Part shown: piece after piece, positions 62,896 to 64,000 of the stretch
Position numbering within the stretch: position 1 is the first letter of the stretch
Layout: each line of letters starts with the position of its first letter
Assembly: GCA_043228905.1 (NCBI GenBank)
Contig: JBHGNT010000006.1
Span: 12,338,001-12,402,000 of the forward strand
DNA length: 64,000 bases
Origin: Azolla caroliniana
Lineage: Eukaryota > Plantae > Polypodiophyta
Reading direction: 5' to 3'
Translations under genes and position numbers: made by a program
The notes under the pieces: generated by a model
What the model was told of the DNA's origin: nothing
Databases searched by the model: none
Seen by the model: only the letters and a program-made list of their open reading frames with translations

Positions 62896-64000
62896 CTTCT
62901 CCGGCTTCCGATATGTCTTAGCCACTGCCTCGTGCACCAAGCGTGTTCGATCTTCGTCCTTCTGACCCTCCCGATCGGGTCTAGTTTCGGTCTGTGGCCG
63001 CATCGCCAGCCTTACACCTCCTTTCCCCTCTTTCGGTCCCCTTGTAGGACCCCACTCGCCTTCCGCAACCGATGTCGTCGTCCCCTCGCCACCACCCTCA
63101 GTATCTTGCTCTTACGACGGCTCCTAATGCTGACCGCTGAAGTCTCTAGTCCGGTGTGGAAAATCCTTCGTGGGCCTCCCGTCTCTCCCGACCCTGTCCC
63201 GAGTCGTCCTTCTCTGCAAGTCAGAGGGTGGCTCGCTCCACAGCTTCTCCCGTTGTACCGTGTTCCCGTCCTCTTCGTAGGCCTGTTTCCTCCTCCCTTC
63301 CGGATCGACTATCCGGAAGTCCGCTCTCCCTATTCTCATCCGGGCTCATCTGATTTCTCCCCGTATTATCGGATCCTATTCTCCTGTTGCCACCGTTAGT
63401 ATCTTGGTCTTACGTCGGCTCTCGATGCCGACCACCGAAGTCTCTAGCCCGGTGTGAGGTGACCCATAGGACCGATCTTCATTTCTCTGCTTCCGATGTA
63501 CTTCTCTCGAACTCATGGTCGTCCTTCTTGCGCTCCCGCCACCGTCTCCCTTCTCTCCGGTCTTACGTCGGCTCTTAATGCCCGACTACTGAAGTCTCCA
63601 AATGAGACGAGGGGATACCGATTCGAAAACGACTCCCGACGACTCGTCGAAGGCCACTGACCCTTTTAGTGGTGTCTGTGGAAAGCATCCTCTCTATGAT
63701 CGATCAAGCCCCACCTGGGCTTGATTCTCCAATGTCTAGAGTTTCGGCTCTGATGCCGATCCCGCTGGACTCATTCTATACCCTCGATTATCTTCTTCCC
63801 GAATTCCGACCTTCGCCTTGGTCAATATTTCTCCCCATGTAAAGAGGGCGGCTCGTTCCGCACCCTCTTCCGTATTGGCACCCTCATACCGAACCTGGCC
63901 CCTATCGATCGAGCTCTATTGCTTCTCCCTTGTCTTCTGTGTCTCGGGCCGGTTTTAGTCAAACAATCTACATCCGGATCGTGCTCCATCCGAATCGGAA
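62896..64000 (-). mobile_element. Internal region of a family C relative
   Basis: 63971-64000 and ~63713-63747 are reverse-complement matches to 22451-22480 and 22708-22742. Confidence 0.75.

Overview
This window is a gene-free nest of eukaryotic retrotransposons. The families present (Tcn1-type chromovirus, RTE-X-like LINE, non-chromovirus Ty3/gypsy, several Ty1/copia) suggest a seed-free land plant such as a bryophyte; this is an inference. No host genes, rRNA genes or bona fide tRNA genes were found. Terminal TG..CA motifs and target-site duplications (TSDs) resolve the nesting. A minus-strand copia (family B, 8918-55360) carries a solo LTR (10207-11171), a copia A (12507-17361) and a 34.6-kb gypsy composite (17468-52114, TSD ATGTG). 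That composite contains gypsy C, which holds a copia A, which holds non-autonomous element D. It also contains a LINE, which holds an almost intact Tcn1-like chromovirus and a solo LTR. A near-intact copia A (739-6085), Tekay-like fragments and a second copia B (56516-62895) flank the nest. The most unusual signal is in gypsy family D/E. It has no polypurine tract before the 3' LTR. Instead, both internal ends carry a tRNA-Arg primer-binding site on opposite strands, which suggests tRNA priming of both DNA strands. Other notable items are one TSD-flanked unit with unrelated terminal LTRs, tRNA-like Pol III modules inside LTRs, a chimeric copia LTR, a palindromic repeat-spacer array and local CCGG enrichment. 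Family letters A-G are my own labels, and all coordinates were read by eye.
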